This document shows, piece after piece, positions 41,249 to 51,127 of a stretch of 64,000 nt of DNA. The DNA comes from an uncultured Candidatus Rokubacteria bacterium (GTDB taxonomy: Bacteria; Methylomirabilota; Methylomirabilia; Rokubacteriales; CSP1-6). Each line of letters starts with the position of its first letter. The stretch's first letter is position 1. Location of the stretch: assembly GCA_963758635.1 (NCBI GenBank), contig CAVWWD010000005.1, positions 32,001-96,000 on the forward strand. Direction: 5' to 3'. The notes beneath the pieces were generated by a model that worked only from the letters and a program-made list of their open reading frames with translations, was not told where the DNA came from and did no database searches. The position numbers and the translations under genes are program-made.

Positions 41249-42142
41249 CTACACCGTGCGCTCGCGCTCGCCGAAGAGGCCGGTGGGCCGGAAGACCAGG
41301 AGCGCGATGAGGAGCAGGAAGCCGTAGAGATCCTTGTAGGCCGCGGAGATGAACACGGAGCCGAGCGCCTCGATCACGCCGAGCAGCACCCCTCCGACGA
41401 CGCTCCCGAGGATCGAGCCGAGCCCGCCGATCACGATGATCTCGAAGCCCTTGAAGGTGGAGATCGCGCCGTTCTCCGGGTATACGAGGAAGTCGGGGGC
41501 GAGGAGCGCTCCCGCTGCGGCGGCGAGGGCCACGCCCACGCCGAACGCCAGCATGTCCAGGCGGAGCACGTCGATCCCCGCGGTCTGGATGCCCACCCGG
41601 TTCTGGGCCGCGCCCCGGAACGCGCGCCCGATCCACGTCTTCTTGATGACGAGGTAGAAGAGGCCGAGGAGCACGAGCGTGCCCACGAGGGCCATGAAGC
41701 GGTTCCCGGAGATGGGGAGCGTGCCCAGGGTGATCGGCTTCGCGTAGTCCTTCGGCGCGTACTGATTCGGGCCCCCGACCACGATGGCGAGGTTCCGGAA
41801 GAAGACCATGAGGGCGATGGTGACGATCGTCGCGTACTCGTCGCGACGCTCCACGCCGCCCACGTACATCGGGCGCAGGAGGAAGCGCTGGATGACGAGG
41901 CCGAGCAGGAACACCGAGCCCATGGCCAGGGGCAGGGCGAGGTACCACCGATCGGCGGGCAAGAGCGTGGCGAGGACCGCGTACTGCACGTAGCTCCCGA
42001 TCATGTAGAACTCGCCCATCGACCAGTTGATCATCTTCATGATGCTGTAGATGAACGTGATCCCGAGCGCCATCAGGCTGTAGATGACGCCGATGACGAG
42101 ACCGGCGAGGACGTACTGGGACAGGAGATGGAGGTCGGGCAT
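41249..42142 (-). CDS. HAAT ABC transporter permease (LivH-like)
   Basis: GVIYSLMALGITFIY...INWSMGEFYMIG, GRAFRG, IVIGGLGSILG. Confidence 0.9.
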   Translation of the reverse strand: MPDLHLLSQYVLAGLVIGVIYSLMALGITFIYSIMKMINWSMGEFYMIGSYVQYAVLATLLPADRWYLALPLAMGSVFLLGLVIQRFLLRPMYVGGVERRDEYATIVTIALMVFFRNLAIVVGGPNQYAPKDYAKPITLGTLPISGNRFMALVGTLVLLGLFYLVIKKTWIGRAFRGAAQNRVGIQTAGIDVLRLDMLAFGVGVALAAAAGALLAPDFLVYPENGAISTFKGFEIIVIGGLGSILGSVVGGVLLGVIEALGSVFISAAYKDLYGFLLLIALLVFRPTGLFGERERTV

Positions 42143-42148
42143 GCGGGA

Positions 42149-42178
42149 GGGGCGGCGGCGATGCGGCGCCGCCGCCCC
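42149..42178. other. Strong intergenic hairpin between the binding-protein and permease genes
   Basis: GGGGCGGCGGCG-ATGCGG-CGCCGCCGCCCC, 12-bp stem with no U-tract; possible mRNA stabiliser. Confidence 0.65.
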
Positions 42179-42195
42179 CGGTCAGCCGCGAGTCG

Positions 42196-43404
42196 TCAGC
42201 GCCTGGGCGCGAGCATGAAGTCGCCCGTCTTGAACTCGGCCGGGTAGACGATCTTCACGTCGGCGAAGGGCATCTCCGTCTTCGTGTACTGCGTGAAGAG
42301 CATCGGCGGCGTCCACTGCTGCCAGTACGGTCCCTCGCCGCGCGAGAAGCTGATCGTCCCGTTCCACCCCTCGAACTTCCCGGCGAGGAGCGCGGCCGCG
42401 ACGTCCGCGCCGCCGTCCTTCTTCGCCGCGTTGAGGGCGTCGGCCACCAGCACGATCTGCGAGTAGCCGTTCAGGGCCCCGTACACGGGGTCCTCCTTGA
42501 ACTCCGCCCGGTACTTCGCGCGGAAGGCCTCGCCGCGGCCGGTCAGCTTCATCGTCGGGTGGTAGTAGACGATGAACGTGATGAAGGCGCCCTTGTCGCC
42601 GAGGTTCTTCCAGAACTCCGGCCGGGCGGGCAGGTCGTAGGAGATCAGCATCGGCACCGACGGGAACAGGCCGATGTCGTACGCCTGCTTCACGATCAGG
42701 TACACGGGCGTGCCCACGCCGGCGTTCAGGACCACGTCCGGCTTCCAGCTCTTGATGTCGAGGAGCTGGGGGGTCAGGTCGACCACGGCACGGTCGAAGA
42801 CCACCGTCTTCAGCTCGGCCTGCACGTCCATGGTCTTGAACTGCTTCTTCGTTTCCTCGACGAGCCCCACGCCATAGTCCGTGTTCTCGCCGATGATCGC
42901 CACTCGCTTGAAGCCCTGCTGCTTGATCCAGCGGTTCCAGAGCGCGACGCGGTCAGGGTCGATCACGTGGGTCCGGAACGTGAACTGCATGTGGCTCTCG
43001 GTGATGCCGCGGGCCGAGGCCTGGGTGGCGAAGACGGGGATCTTGTACTGCTCGGCGAGGCTCTGCACCGCCGCCATCACCGAGCTGTGGAACTGCCCCA
43101 TCACCGCGACGACCTGGTCCTGGCTCGCGAGCTTGCGAAAGCCCGCCGCCCCCTTCTCGGGCGTGCCGGAGTCGTCCTCGACGACCAGCTCGATCTTCCG
43201 CCCGCCGAGCACGCCGCCGCGCGCGTTCACCTCGTCGGCGGCCATCTTGGCCCCGCGCACGATGAACTGGCCGGCGCTGGCGTCGCCGGGCGGCGACAGC
43301 GGCGTGAGCACGCCGATCTTCACGGGCTTCTGGGCGAGGGCGGGCGCGGCGAGCCCGAGCACCAGCAGCACGGCGAGGAGACATCGTCCGATCGCGGTCG
43401 TCAT
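42196..43404 (-). CDS. HAAT ABC transporter substrate-binding protein (LivK-like)
   Basis: Signal peptide ..APALA, VKIGVLTPLS, GGVLGGRKIELVVEDD, ENTDYG. Confidence 0.9.
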   Translation of the reverse strand: MTTAIGRCLLAVLLVLGLAAPALAQKPVKIGVLTPLSPPGDASAGQFIVRGAKMAADEVNARGGVLGGRKIELVVEDDSGTPEKGAAGFRKLASQDQVVAVMGQFHSSVMAAVQSLAEQYKIPVFATQASARGITESHMQFTFRTHVIDPDRVALWNRWIKQQGFKRVAIIGENTDYGVGLVEETKKQFKTMDVQAELKTVVFDRAVVDLTPQLLDIKSWKPDVVLNAGVGTPVYLIVKQAYDIGLFPSVPMLISYDLPARPEFWKNLGDKGAFITFIVYYHPTMKLTGRGEAFRAKYRAEFKEDPVYGALNGYSQIVLVADALNAAKKDGGADVAAALLAGKFEGWNGTISFSRGEGPYWQQWTPPMLFTQYTKTEMPFADVKIVYPAEFKTGDFMLAPRR

Positions 43405-43444
43405 TGGATAGCCCTCCGCACGCAGGGGGTGGCGAATCGAGGCG

Positions 43445-43473
43445 ATCCTATGCGGGCCCCTCCGCCCAGTCAA
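43445..43473 (-). promoter_or_regulatory. sigma70 promoter for the binding protein-permease operon
   Basis: Minus strand TTGACT-17 nt-TAGGAT; -35 overlaps the upstream stop codon. Confidence 0.75.
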
Positions 43474-44300
43474 GCGCCGGGGCCGCCCGCGCGCGAGGCC
43501 GGGCGCGGCCAGCGCGGGTCCTCGAAGCGCTGGATCTCGACGAGGTAGCCGCTCGGGTCGCGCAGGAAGCAGTGGTAGATGGAAAACCGCGGGTTCGACT
43601 GAGGCTCCTTCTCGAAGGCCACGCCCCGGGCCCGCAGGCGCGCGGCCCACGCGTCCACCTCGTCGGTCACGAGCGTGACCGTGACCGTGTCGCCGGGCCG
43701 CTCCGGCGCGGTCGCGCTCTCGCAGAAGCCGACGTAGGCCTCCGGCGTCACCTGGTAGATGCGGCAGGCGCCCTGGTCGAGGGCGAGCGGCAGCCCCAGC
43801 GTGTCCGCGTAGAACGCGTGCGTGGCGGCGAGGCTCCGGGTCGGCAGGAACGTGACGAGCTGGGCGAACGGCGGGATGGCCTCCTCCCGCGGCGGGCCGC
43901 CTCCGGCGAGGCGGGCGACCAGCGTCGCGTCGGCGGCGGGGAACTCGAGCGTGGTGAGGTCCTGCGGCGCCATCCACCGCATCTCCTGCCCCTCGAGGGG
44001 GCGTGGCTCGTCCTCCAGGCCGCACCGGAAGAACGCGATCCGCACGCGCTTGTCCGGATACGTCCAGTCGACGGTTTCGAGGATGGCGCCCACCGTGGCG
44101 CGCGCGCCCAGCTCCTCTCGGATCTCCCGGACCAGCGCCTCCTCCGGGCTCTCGCCGGGCGCGGGCTTGCCGCCGGGGAACTCCCAGAGCCCGGCCAGGT
44201 GTGTCCCGGCGGGCCGCCGGGTGACGAGGATGCGGCCCGCTCGCTCGATGACGGCGGCCACGACCTCGATCAGGGCGGGTGCGGCGGCGGGGTCGGGCAT
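43470..44300 (-). CDS. MutT/NudG-like NUDIX hydrolase fused to a VOC (glyoxalase-fold) domain
   Basis: WEFPGGK..GESPEEALVREIREELG NUDIX box, then FYADTLGL...FLRDPSGYLVEIQ VOC motifs in one frame. Confidence 0.82.
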   Translation of the reverse strand: MPDPAAAPALIEVVAAVIERAGRILVTRRPAGTHLAGLWEFPGGKPAPGESPEEALVREIREELGARATVGAILETVDWTYPDKRVRIAFFRCGLEDEPRPLEGQEMRWMAPQDLTTLEFPAADATLVARLAGGGPPREEAIPPFAQLVTFLPTRSLAATHAFYADTLGLPLALDQGACRIYQVTPEAYVGFCESATAPERPGDTVTVTLVTDEVDAWAARLRARGVAFEKEPQSNPRFSIYHCFLRDPSGYLVEIQRFEDPRWPRPASRAGGPGA

Positions 44301-44399
44301 CCGGATCGGGCCGCGGCTAGTGAGCCCCGCGCATCAGACCAATGCCGAGCGGTGGGATTCTAGAGGCCCGTGGCGGTTTACCGGATTCTGCGAGAGTCA

Positions 44400-45146
44400 T
44401 CAGGACGCCGTCCAGCCCCCGTCGATCGCGAACACGGCGCCGGTCACGTACCGGGCGGCGTCCGACGCGAGGTACACGCACATGCCCGCGACGTCGTCGG
44501 GATGGCCGGCGCGGGCGATCGGGATGCGGTGCTTGAGGAGATGCCGTCGGAACTCCGGCACGCCGTGGCCGATCGGGGTGTCGATGGTGCCGGGCGCCAC
44601 CACGTTGACGCGGATCTCGTCCTGGACCAGCTCGACGGCGGCGGCCCGCGCGAGCTGGTGGAGCCCGCCCTTGGACGCCACGTAGGGGGCGAAGTCCGGG
44701 GCGGCCACGGTGCCGAGCGCCGAGCCGATGTGGACGATGCTGCCGCCGCGCCGCTTCTGCATGGGCGACACCATGGCCTTGGTCAGGACGAAGGCGCCGA
44801 GGAGATTGATCCGGAGCACCTCGAGGAAGTCGGCGGCGCTGATCTCGGTGAGGGGGGCGCGGACGCGCACCGCCGCGCAGTTCACGAGCACGTCGACGCC
44901 ACCGTGATCGCGGGAGGCCGCTTCCACGAGTCGCGCAACGTCCTCCTCCCGCGCGACGTCGCCGGCCACCGCCGTCGCGTGCCCGCGCGCGGCGGCGATG
45001 AGCCCGACCGTCTCGTCCAGGGGCTCGGCCCGCCGGCCGAAGACCACGACGCGGGCGCCCTCCGCGGCGAAGCGAACGGCGGTGGCGCGGCCGATGCCCG
45101 TGCCGCCGCCCGCGATGATCGCGACCTTGCCGTCAAGGCTGCCCAT
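44400..45146 (-). CDS. Short-chain dehydrogenase/reductase
   Basis: GGGTGIG, YVASK, IRVNVVAPG, IDGG. Confidence 0.92.
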   Translation of the reverse strand: MGSLDGKVAIIAGGGTGIGRATAVRFAAEGARVVVFGRRAEPLDETVGLIAAARGHATAVAGDVAREEDVARLVEAASRDHGGVDVLVNCAAVRVRAPLTEISAADFLEVLRINLLGAFVLTKAMVSPMQKRRGGSIVHIGSALGTVAAPDFAPYVASKGGLHQLARAAAVELVQDEIRVNVVAPGTIDTPIGHGVPEFRRHLLKHRIPIARAGHPDDVAGMCVYLASDAARYVTGAVFAIDGGWTAS

Positions 45147-45927
45147 TCGACGTGTCACCGGGGGCGGGCACCCGGGCCTGTCGGCCCGCCCGCCCCTTCG
45201 TGTCGCTCACCGGGGGCGGGCACCCGGGCCTCCGGCCCGCCCGCCCCTTCGTCCTCGGATCCCGGGTGGCGTAGCTCCGGCAGAAGGCCTTCATGGCGCA
45301 CGGCGCGCAGCGGGGCGAGCGTGGGGTGCACCACGTGGCGCCGAAGTCCATGAGGGCCTGATTGTAGTCATAGGCGCGGCCCGCCGGCAGCAGCGCCTCG
45401 GCGAGACGCCAGAACGCCTTGTCGCCCCGCGTCCGCTCGAGCCCGCGCGGGCCCAGGAACACGCGCCCGAGCACCCGGCGCACGTTGGTGTCCACCACCG
45501 CCGCGTCCTGGCCGTAGGCGAAGGACAGGATAGCGCCGGTGGTGTAGGGGCCGATCCCGCGCATCTTGCGGAGGGCGCCGCGCTCGTCGGGCAGCCGGCC
45601 GCCGTAGCGCGCCATCGTCTCGCGCGCGATGCCCTGGAGGTTCAGGGGCCGGACGTTGTAGCCGAGCGGGTACCAGACGCGGCGCACCTCGGCGCTCGGC
45701 GCCTCGGCCAGCCGCGCGAAGCTCGGGTAGCGCCGGAGGAACTCGCGGTACTTCGGCAGCACGCGCTCCACCTGGGTCTGCTGGAGCATGATCTCGGACA
45801 CGAGGATGCGATACGGGTCGCGCGTGCGGCGCCACGGGAGGTCGCGGCCGTGAGCGGCGTACCACGCGAGGAGCCGCCGCTGGAAGCGGCGGCGGACGGA
45901 CACGGCGGGGAGGCGCACGGAGGCCAT
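45133..45927 (-). CDS. mutY: A/G-specific adenine glycosylase, short form
   Basis: [43 protein letters not shown]-x6-C-x2-C-x5-C cluster. Confidence 0.92.
   Translation of the reverse strand: MASVRLPAVSVRRRFQRRLLAWYAAHGRDLPWRRTRDPYRILVSEIMLQQTQVERVLPKYREFLRRYPSFARLAEAPSAEVRRVWYPLGYNVRPLNLQGIARETMARYGGRLPDERGALRKMRGIGPYTTGAILSFAYGQDAAVVDTNVRRVLGRVFLGPRGLERTRGDKAFWRLAEALLPAGRAYDYNQALMDFGATWCTPRSPRCAPCAMKAFCRSYATRDPRTKGRAGRRPGCPPPVSDTKGRAGRQARVPAPGDTSNGQP
45155..45251 (-). repeat. Two copies of REP-like family A inside the mutY 3' end
   Basis: Minus strand GAAGGGGCGGGCGGGCCG(GA/ACA)GGCCCGGGTGCCCGCCCCCGGTGA twice. Confidence 0.85.
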
Positions 45928-45955
45928 TGTCACCGACGCCTCCGGGGCCTGCAAG

Positions 45956-45984
45956 TTGACACCGCGCGTGGCCGCGTCAAGAAT
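45956..45984 (+). promoter_or_regulatory. sigma70 promoter, probably leaderless, for the YgfZ-like gene
   Basis: TTGACA-17 nt-AAGAAT, start codon 5-8 nt downstream, no SD. Confidence 0.6.
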
Positions 45985-45989
45985 GACCG

Positions 45990-47063
45990 GTGATGCCACG
46001 CGATCTGCCCCTCGCCGAGGTCCACCGCGCGCTCGCGCGCTCCTTCACCGTGGTGGGAGATTTCACGGTGCCCGCCGACTACGGCGCCGTGGCCGCCGAG
46101 CACCGCGCGCTCCGCGAGTCGGCCGGGCTCGTCGATCGCACGCCGCTGGGCCGCGCCATCGCCACCGGACGCGACCGCGCCGCCTTCCTCCAGGGCATGC
46201 TCACCAACGACGTGAAGGGCCTCGCCGCGGGCCAGGGCTGCGCCGCCGCCTTCCTCGACGCGCACGGCAAAGTCATGTCGCTGCTAAGCGTCTATGCCCT
46301 CGCCGACCGGCTGTGGATCGAGGCGCCGGCCGGAACGACGGACACGCTGCTCCAGCTCCTCGACAAGTACCTGATCTCGGAGAAGGCATACTTCGAGCCG
46401 GCCGACGACGCGTTCGTGGTGCTCGCGGTGCAGGGGCCAGCGGCCCCGGCGCTGATCGAGAAGCTGGCGGGGCAGCCCGTGCCTGCCGCGCCGTACGCGC
46501 ACGTCGAGGCGGAGCTGGGCGGCGTCCCCGCGCGCCTGATCAACCGCCCGGAGGGCACCCCGCCGGGCGTGCACTGCTGGACCGCGCCGGAGCACGGCGC
46601 CGCGCTCTGGCGGGCGCTGGCCGAAGCCGGGGCCGTGCCCGCCGGCCACACCGCGCTCGACGTGCTGCGCGTCGAGGCGGGCGTGCCCTGGTACGGCGTG
46701 GACGTCGACGACACCGTGATCATGCCGGAGACGCAGAGCCGTCTCGAGTCGCTCGTCCACTACCAGAAGGGCTGCTACATCGGCCAGGAGGTCGTGGCCC
46801 GCGTGAAGTACCGCGGGCACGTGAACCGCGCGCTCTCCGGCCTCGTGATCGAGGGGGACCGCGTGCCCGCCACGGGCGCGCGCGTGGTCGCCGACGACAA
46901 GGACGTCGGGCGCATCACCTCGGCCGTCCGCTCCCTCGCGCTCGGCGTGCCCATCGCGCTCGGCTACGTGCGCCGGGAGCACTTCGCCCCCGGCACCCCG
47001 GTGACCGTGCAGGACGGCGAGGCGACGCTCCCCGCCCGGGTCGCCGCGCTGCCCTTCGCCTGA
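45990..47063 (+). CDS. YgfZ/GcvT-family folate-binding protein
   Basis: [30 protein letters not shown] motif. Confidence 0.9.
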   Translation: MMPRDLPLAEVHRALARSFTVVGDFTVPADYGAVAAEHRALRESAGLVDRTPLGRAIATGRDRAAFLQGMLTNDVKGLAAGQGCAAAFLDAHGKVMSLLSVYALADRLWIEAPAGTTDTLLQLLDKYLISEKAYFEPADDAFVVLAVQGPAAPALIEKLAGQPVPAAPYAHVEAELGGVPARLINRPEGTPPGVHCWTAPEHGAALWRALAEAGAVPAGHTALDVLRVEAGVPWYGVDVDDTVIMPETQSRLESLVHYQKGCYIGQEVVARVKYRGHVNRALSGLVIEGDRVPATGARVVADDKDVGRITSAVRSLALGVPIALGYVRREHFAPGTPVTVQDGEATLPARVAALPFA

Positions 47064-47083
47064 TCGCGCTCGCCGGAGACCGC

Positions 47084-49165
47084 ATGACCACGCCCGCGCA
47101 CGACAACCGCCTGGCCCGCGAGAGCAGCCCCTACCTCCTCCAGCACCGGCACAACCCCGTCGACTGGTACCCGTGGGGCGAGGAGGCGTTCGCCCGCGCG
47201 CGACGCGAGGACCGCGCGGTGCTCCTCTCCGTGGGCTACTCGGCCTGCCACTGGTGCCACGTGATGGAGCGCGAGTCCTTCGAGGACGACCAGACGGCCG
47301 CGCTCATGAACGAGCTGTTCGTGAACGTGAAGGTCGACCGCGAGGAGCGCCCCGACGTCGACCAGATCTACATGCAGGCCGTCCAGTCGATGACCGGGCA
47401 CGGCGGCTGGCCCATGACGGTGTTCCTCACGCCGGACGGCGTGCCGTTCTACGGCGGCACGTACTTCCCGCCGGTGGACCGGCACGGCATCCCGGCGTTC
47501 CCTCGGCTGCTCCGCGCGGTCGCCGACGCGTACCGCGACCGCCGCGCCGAGATCCTGGAATCCGGCCGCGAGCTCCTCGAGTCGCTCCGCCAGGGCGAGC
47601 GGCTCCGGCAGTCGAGCACGCTCCTCACCGAGGACCTGCTGCGCGGCGCCTACCAGGCCATGGCCCGCGAGTTCGACCACCGGGACGGCGGCCTCGCGCA
47701 CGCGCCCAAGTTCCCGCAGCCGATGATCTGGGAGGCGCTGCTCCGCTTCTGGCGGCGCTCCGGGGCCGAGCCCGCGCTCGCCATGGTGCGCGCGACCCTC
47801 ACGAAGATGGCCCGCGGCGGCATGTACGACCAGGTCGGCGGCGGCTTCCACCGCTACTCGGTCGACGCGCACTGGCTGGTGCCGCACTTCGAGAAGATGC
47901 TCTACGACAACGCCCAGCTCGCCTCCCTCTACCTCCACGGCTGGCTCGCCACCGGCGATCCGGAGTACCGCCGCGTCGTCGAGGAGACGCTCGACTACCT
48001 GCTCCGCGAGATGCGACACCAGGAGGGCGGCTTCTTCTCCGCCACCGACGCCGACTCCGAGGGCGAGGAGGGGAAGTTCTTCGTGTGGACGCCCGAGGAG
48101 ATCCGCGCCGCGGTGTCCGACCCCGAGGCGGCGCGCGCCGTGCTGGCCTTCTGGGGCGTGGACGACGGGCCCAACTTCGAGGGACACAGCATCCTGCACG
48201 TGCCCCGTGACCCCGGAGAGGTGGCGGCCAGCCTCGGCATCGATCCCGCGCGGCTCGCCGCCCACGTCGCGACGGCGCGGACCGCGCTCCATGAGGTCCG
48301 GGCGCGGCGGGTGCCGCCGGGCCTCGACGACAAGGTCCTGTCCGGCTGGAACGGCCTCGCGCTGGCCGCCCTCGCCGAGGCGGGCCGCGCGCTCGGCCGG
48401 GCCGACTACCTGGACGCCGCCGTGCGTCTCGCGGAGTTCCTCACCACGTCCATGACCGAGGGCGGACGGCTGCTCCGCTCGTGGAAGGACGGCCAGGCGA
48501 AGATCCCCGCGTACCTCGAGGACCACGCGAGCGTCGGGCTCGGGCTCGTGGCCCTGTACGAGGCCACGTTCGACCGGCGCTGGCTCGACCGGTCGCGCGG
48601 GCTCGCCGACGCCGCGCTGTCGCTCTACTGGGACGAGGGCGCCGACGCCTTCTTCGACACCGGCGCCGACCAGGAGGCGCTGGTGGTCCGGCCGCGCAAC
48701 CTGTTCGACAACGCGGTGCCGTCCGGCGGCTCGATGGCCATCGAGTGGCTGCTGCGCCTCGCCGCCCACCTCGGCGAGGACCGCTACGAGGCGATCGCGC
48801 TCCGCGCGCTCCGTCCCATGGCGGACCTGATGTCGCGCCACCCCACGGGCTTCGGGCGCTACCTCGGCGCGCTGGACTTCCACCTCGGCCCCGTCATCGA
48901 GGTCGCGCTCGTCTGGCCGGGAGCGGATGCGCGCTCGGGTCCGGAGGCGGCGGGAGCGCTGGCCGACGTCGTGTTCGGCCGCTACCAGCCGAACCGCATC
49001 GTGGCCGGTGGCCGCGAGGGAACGCCCACCGCCGGACTGCCGCTGCTCGAGGGCAAGACGGCGGTCGCCGGCCGCCCCACCGCGTATGTCTGCCGGCGCT
49101 ACGCCTGCCAGGAGCCGACCACCGACCCGGAGACCCTCGCGCGCCAGATCACGGCCGGGGTATAA
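47084..49165 (+). CDS. Thioredoxin-domain/glycosidase-fold protein (YyaL/DUF255 family)
   Basis: [47 protein letters not shown]. Confidence 0.92.
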   Translation: MTTPAHDNRLARESSPYLLQHRHNPVDWYPWGEEAFARARREDRAVLLSVGYSACHWCHVMERESFEDDQTAALMNELFVNVKVDREERPDVDQIYMQAVQSMTGHGGWPMTVFLTPDGVPFYGGTYFPPVDRHGIPAFPRLLRAVADAYRDRRAEILESGRELLESLRQGERLRQSSTLLTEDLLRGAYQAMAREFDHRDGGLAHAPKFPQPMIWEALLRFWRRSGAEPALAMVRATLTKMARGGMYDQVGGGFHRYSVDAHWLVPHFEKMLYDNAQLASLYLHGWLATGDPEYRRVVEETLDYLLREMRHQEGGFFSATDADSEGEEGKFFVWTPEEIRAAVSDPEAARAVLAFWGVDDGPNFEGHSILHVPRDPGEVAASLGIDPARLAAHVATARTALHEVRARRVPPGLDDKVLSGWNGLALAALAEAGRALGRADYLDAAVRLAEFLTTSMTEGGRLLRSWKDGQAKIPAYLEDHASVGLGLVALYEATFDRRWLDRSRGLADAALSLYWDEGADAFFDTGADQEALVVRPRNLFDNAVPSGGSMAIEWLLRLAAHLGEDRYEAIALRALRPMADLMSRHPTGFGRYLGALDFHLGPVIEVALVWPGADARSGPEAAGALADVVFGRYQPNRIVAGGREGTPTAGLPLLEGKTAVAGRPTAYVCRRYACQEPTTDPETLARQITAGV

Positions 49166-49173
49166 TGCGCGCA

Positions 49174-49261
49174 CGTCGCGGGGGGAGGTTTCCTGAGAAC
49201 CGGGTGCGGCCCGGGACCCCTCGAACCTGCACTGGGTAATTCCAGCGAAGGGAACGCGACG
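49174..49261 (+). ncRNA. TPP riboswitch aptamer
   Basis: P1 CGTCGCG/CGCGACG, CTGAGA, ACCC.TCGAACCTG, GGGTAATTCCAGCGAAGGGA; upstream of thiS-thiG-thiE; TATAAT at 49161. Confidence 0.93.
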
Positions 49262-49280
49262 CGGAGAGACCGCGAGAGCC

Positions 49281-49311
49281 GCCGCACCCACCGGGTGCGG
49301 CTTTCTTTTTT
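49281..49311 (+). terminator. Intrinsic terminator of the TPP riboswitch expression platform
   Basis: GCCGCACCC-ACC-GGGTGCGGC followed by TTTCTTTTTT. Confidence 0.9.
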
Positions 49312-49321
49312 CGGGGCGACG

Positions 49322-49522
49322 ATGAACGTGACGGTGAACGGCAAGCCGATGGAGATCCCGGACGGCCTCACGATCGACGGGCTGCTCGCGCACCTGTCGG
49401 TGAAGCGCGAGTTCACCGCGGTCGCGGTGAACACCGAGATCACCCCGAGGGCCGACTTCGCCGGCACCGTGCTGACCGAGGGCGACCGGGTGGAGATCGT
49501 CCGACCCATGGGCGGAGGATAA
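49322..49522 (+). CDS. thiS: Sulfur carrier protein
   Basis: MNVTVNG...AVAVN...[14 protein letters not shown]-terminal GG. Confidence 0.95.
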   Translation: MNVTVNGKPMEIPDGLTIDGLLAHLSVKREFTAVAVNTEITPRADFAGTVLTEGDRVEIVRPMGGG

Positions 49523-49532
49523 GGAGGACGTC

Positions 49533-50318
49533 ATGTACGACACGTCACTGTGGCTGGGCGGCAAGGAGTTCAAGTCGCGTCTCATCGTGGGGACCGGAAA
49601 GTACCCGTCCTTCGAGAACATGCGCGAGGCTATCGAGGCCTCAGGCGCCGAGATGGTCACCGTCGCGGTCCGGCGCGTGAGCCTACCGGGGCAGGGGGAG
49701 CCGTCGCTTCTCGACTTCATCGACACCGCGAAATACACCCTGCTCCCGAACACCGCCGGGTGCTACGCGGCCGACGAGGCGATCCGCACCGCGTACCTGG
49801 CCCGGGAGGCGGGGCTGGGGACCCTGGTGAAGCTCGAGGTGATCGGCGACACCCGCACGCTCTTCCCGGACGTCATGGGGCTGCTCGAGGCCACCCGCAC
49901 CCTGGCCCGGGAGGGCTTCACGGTGCTGCCGTACACCAACGACGACCCCGTCATGGCCAAGAAGCTGGAGGACGCCGGCGCCGCCGCGGTGATGCCGCTC
50001 GGCGCGCCCATCGGCTCGGGCCTCGGCATCCGGAACCCCTACAACATCAAGCTCATCCTGGAGGCGGTGACGGTGCCGGTGATCGTCGACGCCGGCGTGG
50101 GCACGGCCTCCGACGCGGCCATCGCGATGGAGCTCGGCTGCGACGGCGTGCTCATGAACACCGCCATCGCGGGGGCCAAGGACCCGGTGGCGATGGCCAC
50201 GGCCATGCGGCTGGCCGTCGAGGCCGGGCGGCTCGCCTCGAAGGCGGGGCGCATCGGCAAGAAGCTCTACGCCACGGCGTCGTCGCCGATCGAGGGCGTG
50301 CCGGAGTGGACGAGCTGA
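49533..50318 (+). CDS. thiG: Thiazole synthase
   Basis: [49 protein letters not shown]. Confidence 0.97.
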   Translation: MYDTSLWLGGKEFKSRLIVGTGKYPSFENMREAIEASGAEMVTVAVRRVSLPGQGEPSLLDFIDTAKYTLLPNTAGCYAADEAIRTAYLAREAGLGTLVKLEVIGDTRTLFPDVMGLLEATRTLAREGFTVLPYTNDDPVMAKKLEDAGAAAVMPLGAPIGSGLGIRNPYNIKLILEAVTVPVIVDAGVGTASDAAIAMELGCDGVLMNTAIAGAKDPVAMATAMRLAVEAGRLASKAGRIGKKLYATASSPIEGVPEWTS

Positions 50319-50932
50319 CCTTCCGCCTCTACCTGATCACGGACCGCGCGGCGACTCCGCGCGCACTCGCCGACGTGGTCGAGGAATGCCTGGTCGCGGG
50401 GCTCCGCGCGGTCCAGCTGAGGGAGAAGGACCTGCCCGCCTGGGAGCTGCTCGGCCTGGCCGAGACGCTCCGCGAGAGCACGCGGCGCCACGGCGCGACG
50501 CTGATCGTGAACGACCGCCTGGACGTGGCTCTGGCGCGTGGGCGCCGACGGCGTCCAGCGCACCGAGCACTCGCTGCCCGTCGCCTCGCTGCGCGCGCTC
50601 GCCGCGCCCCCGTTCTTGATCGGCGCCTCGGTGCACTCGGTCGCCGACGCCGAGGCCGCGGAGGCCGCCGGCGCCGACTTCATCGTGTTCGGCCCCGTCT
50701 ACGCCACCGCGTCGAAGCGCCGCTACGGGCCGCCCCAGGGCCTCGAGGCGCTCGGCCGCGTGACCGCATCGGTGCGCCGGCCGTGATGGCCGTGGGCGGC
50801 GTGACGCCCGCGCGCGTGCGCGAGTGCGTCTCGGCGGGGGCCGCGGGGGTGGCGGTGATCGGCGCGATCATGAGCGCGGAGCGCCCGGCCGAGCAGGTCC
50901 AGGCCTTCCTCGACGCCCTCGGGTCCGCCTGA
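50306..50932 (+). CDS. thiE: Thiamine-phosphate synthase/TenI family (frameshifts near 50535 and 50780)
   Basis: [47 protein letters not shown]. Confidence 0.85.
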   Translation: MDELTFRLYLITDRAATPRALADVVEECLVAGLRAVQLREKDLPAWELLGLAETLRESTRRHGATLIVNDRLDVALARGRRRRPAHRALAARRLAARARRAPVLDRRLGALGRRRRGRGGRRRRLHRVRPRLRHRVEAPLRAAPGPRGARPRDRIGAPAVMAVGGVTPARVRECVSAGAAGVAVIGAIMSAERPAEQVQAFLDALGSA

Positions 50933-51127
50933 TATCCTCGCCCTCGGGGTTGTGAAGGAAGGCGGATCTCGACTTCAGCAAGCGGGCTGACCGCGCGATT
51001 CTGCGGACTCGCGGCGTGACGTCTCGCCATCATTTGCCCCCGGGTGCGGCGGATCGTCGCCGCCGCCCCGAGCCAGCGGCTTCGAGGTAAGCGTTCGTCG
51101 AAGAACCGACTCCAGGGAGGAGCGCCC

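Noticed and set aside
50957..51029. tRNA-Sec-like gene (GGAAG...GACTTCA...GCCA)
   Set aside because: No T-loop, no anticodon stem around TTCA and no proper acceptor stem
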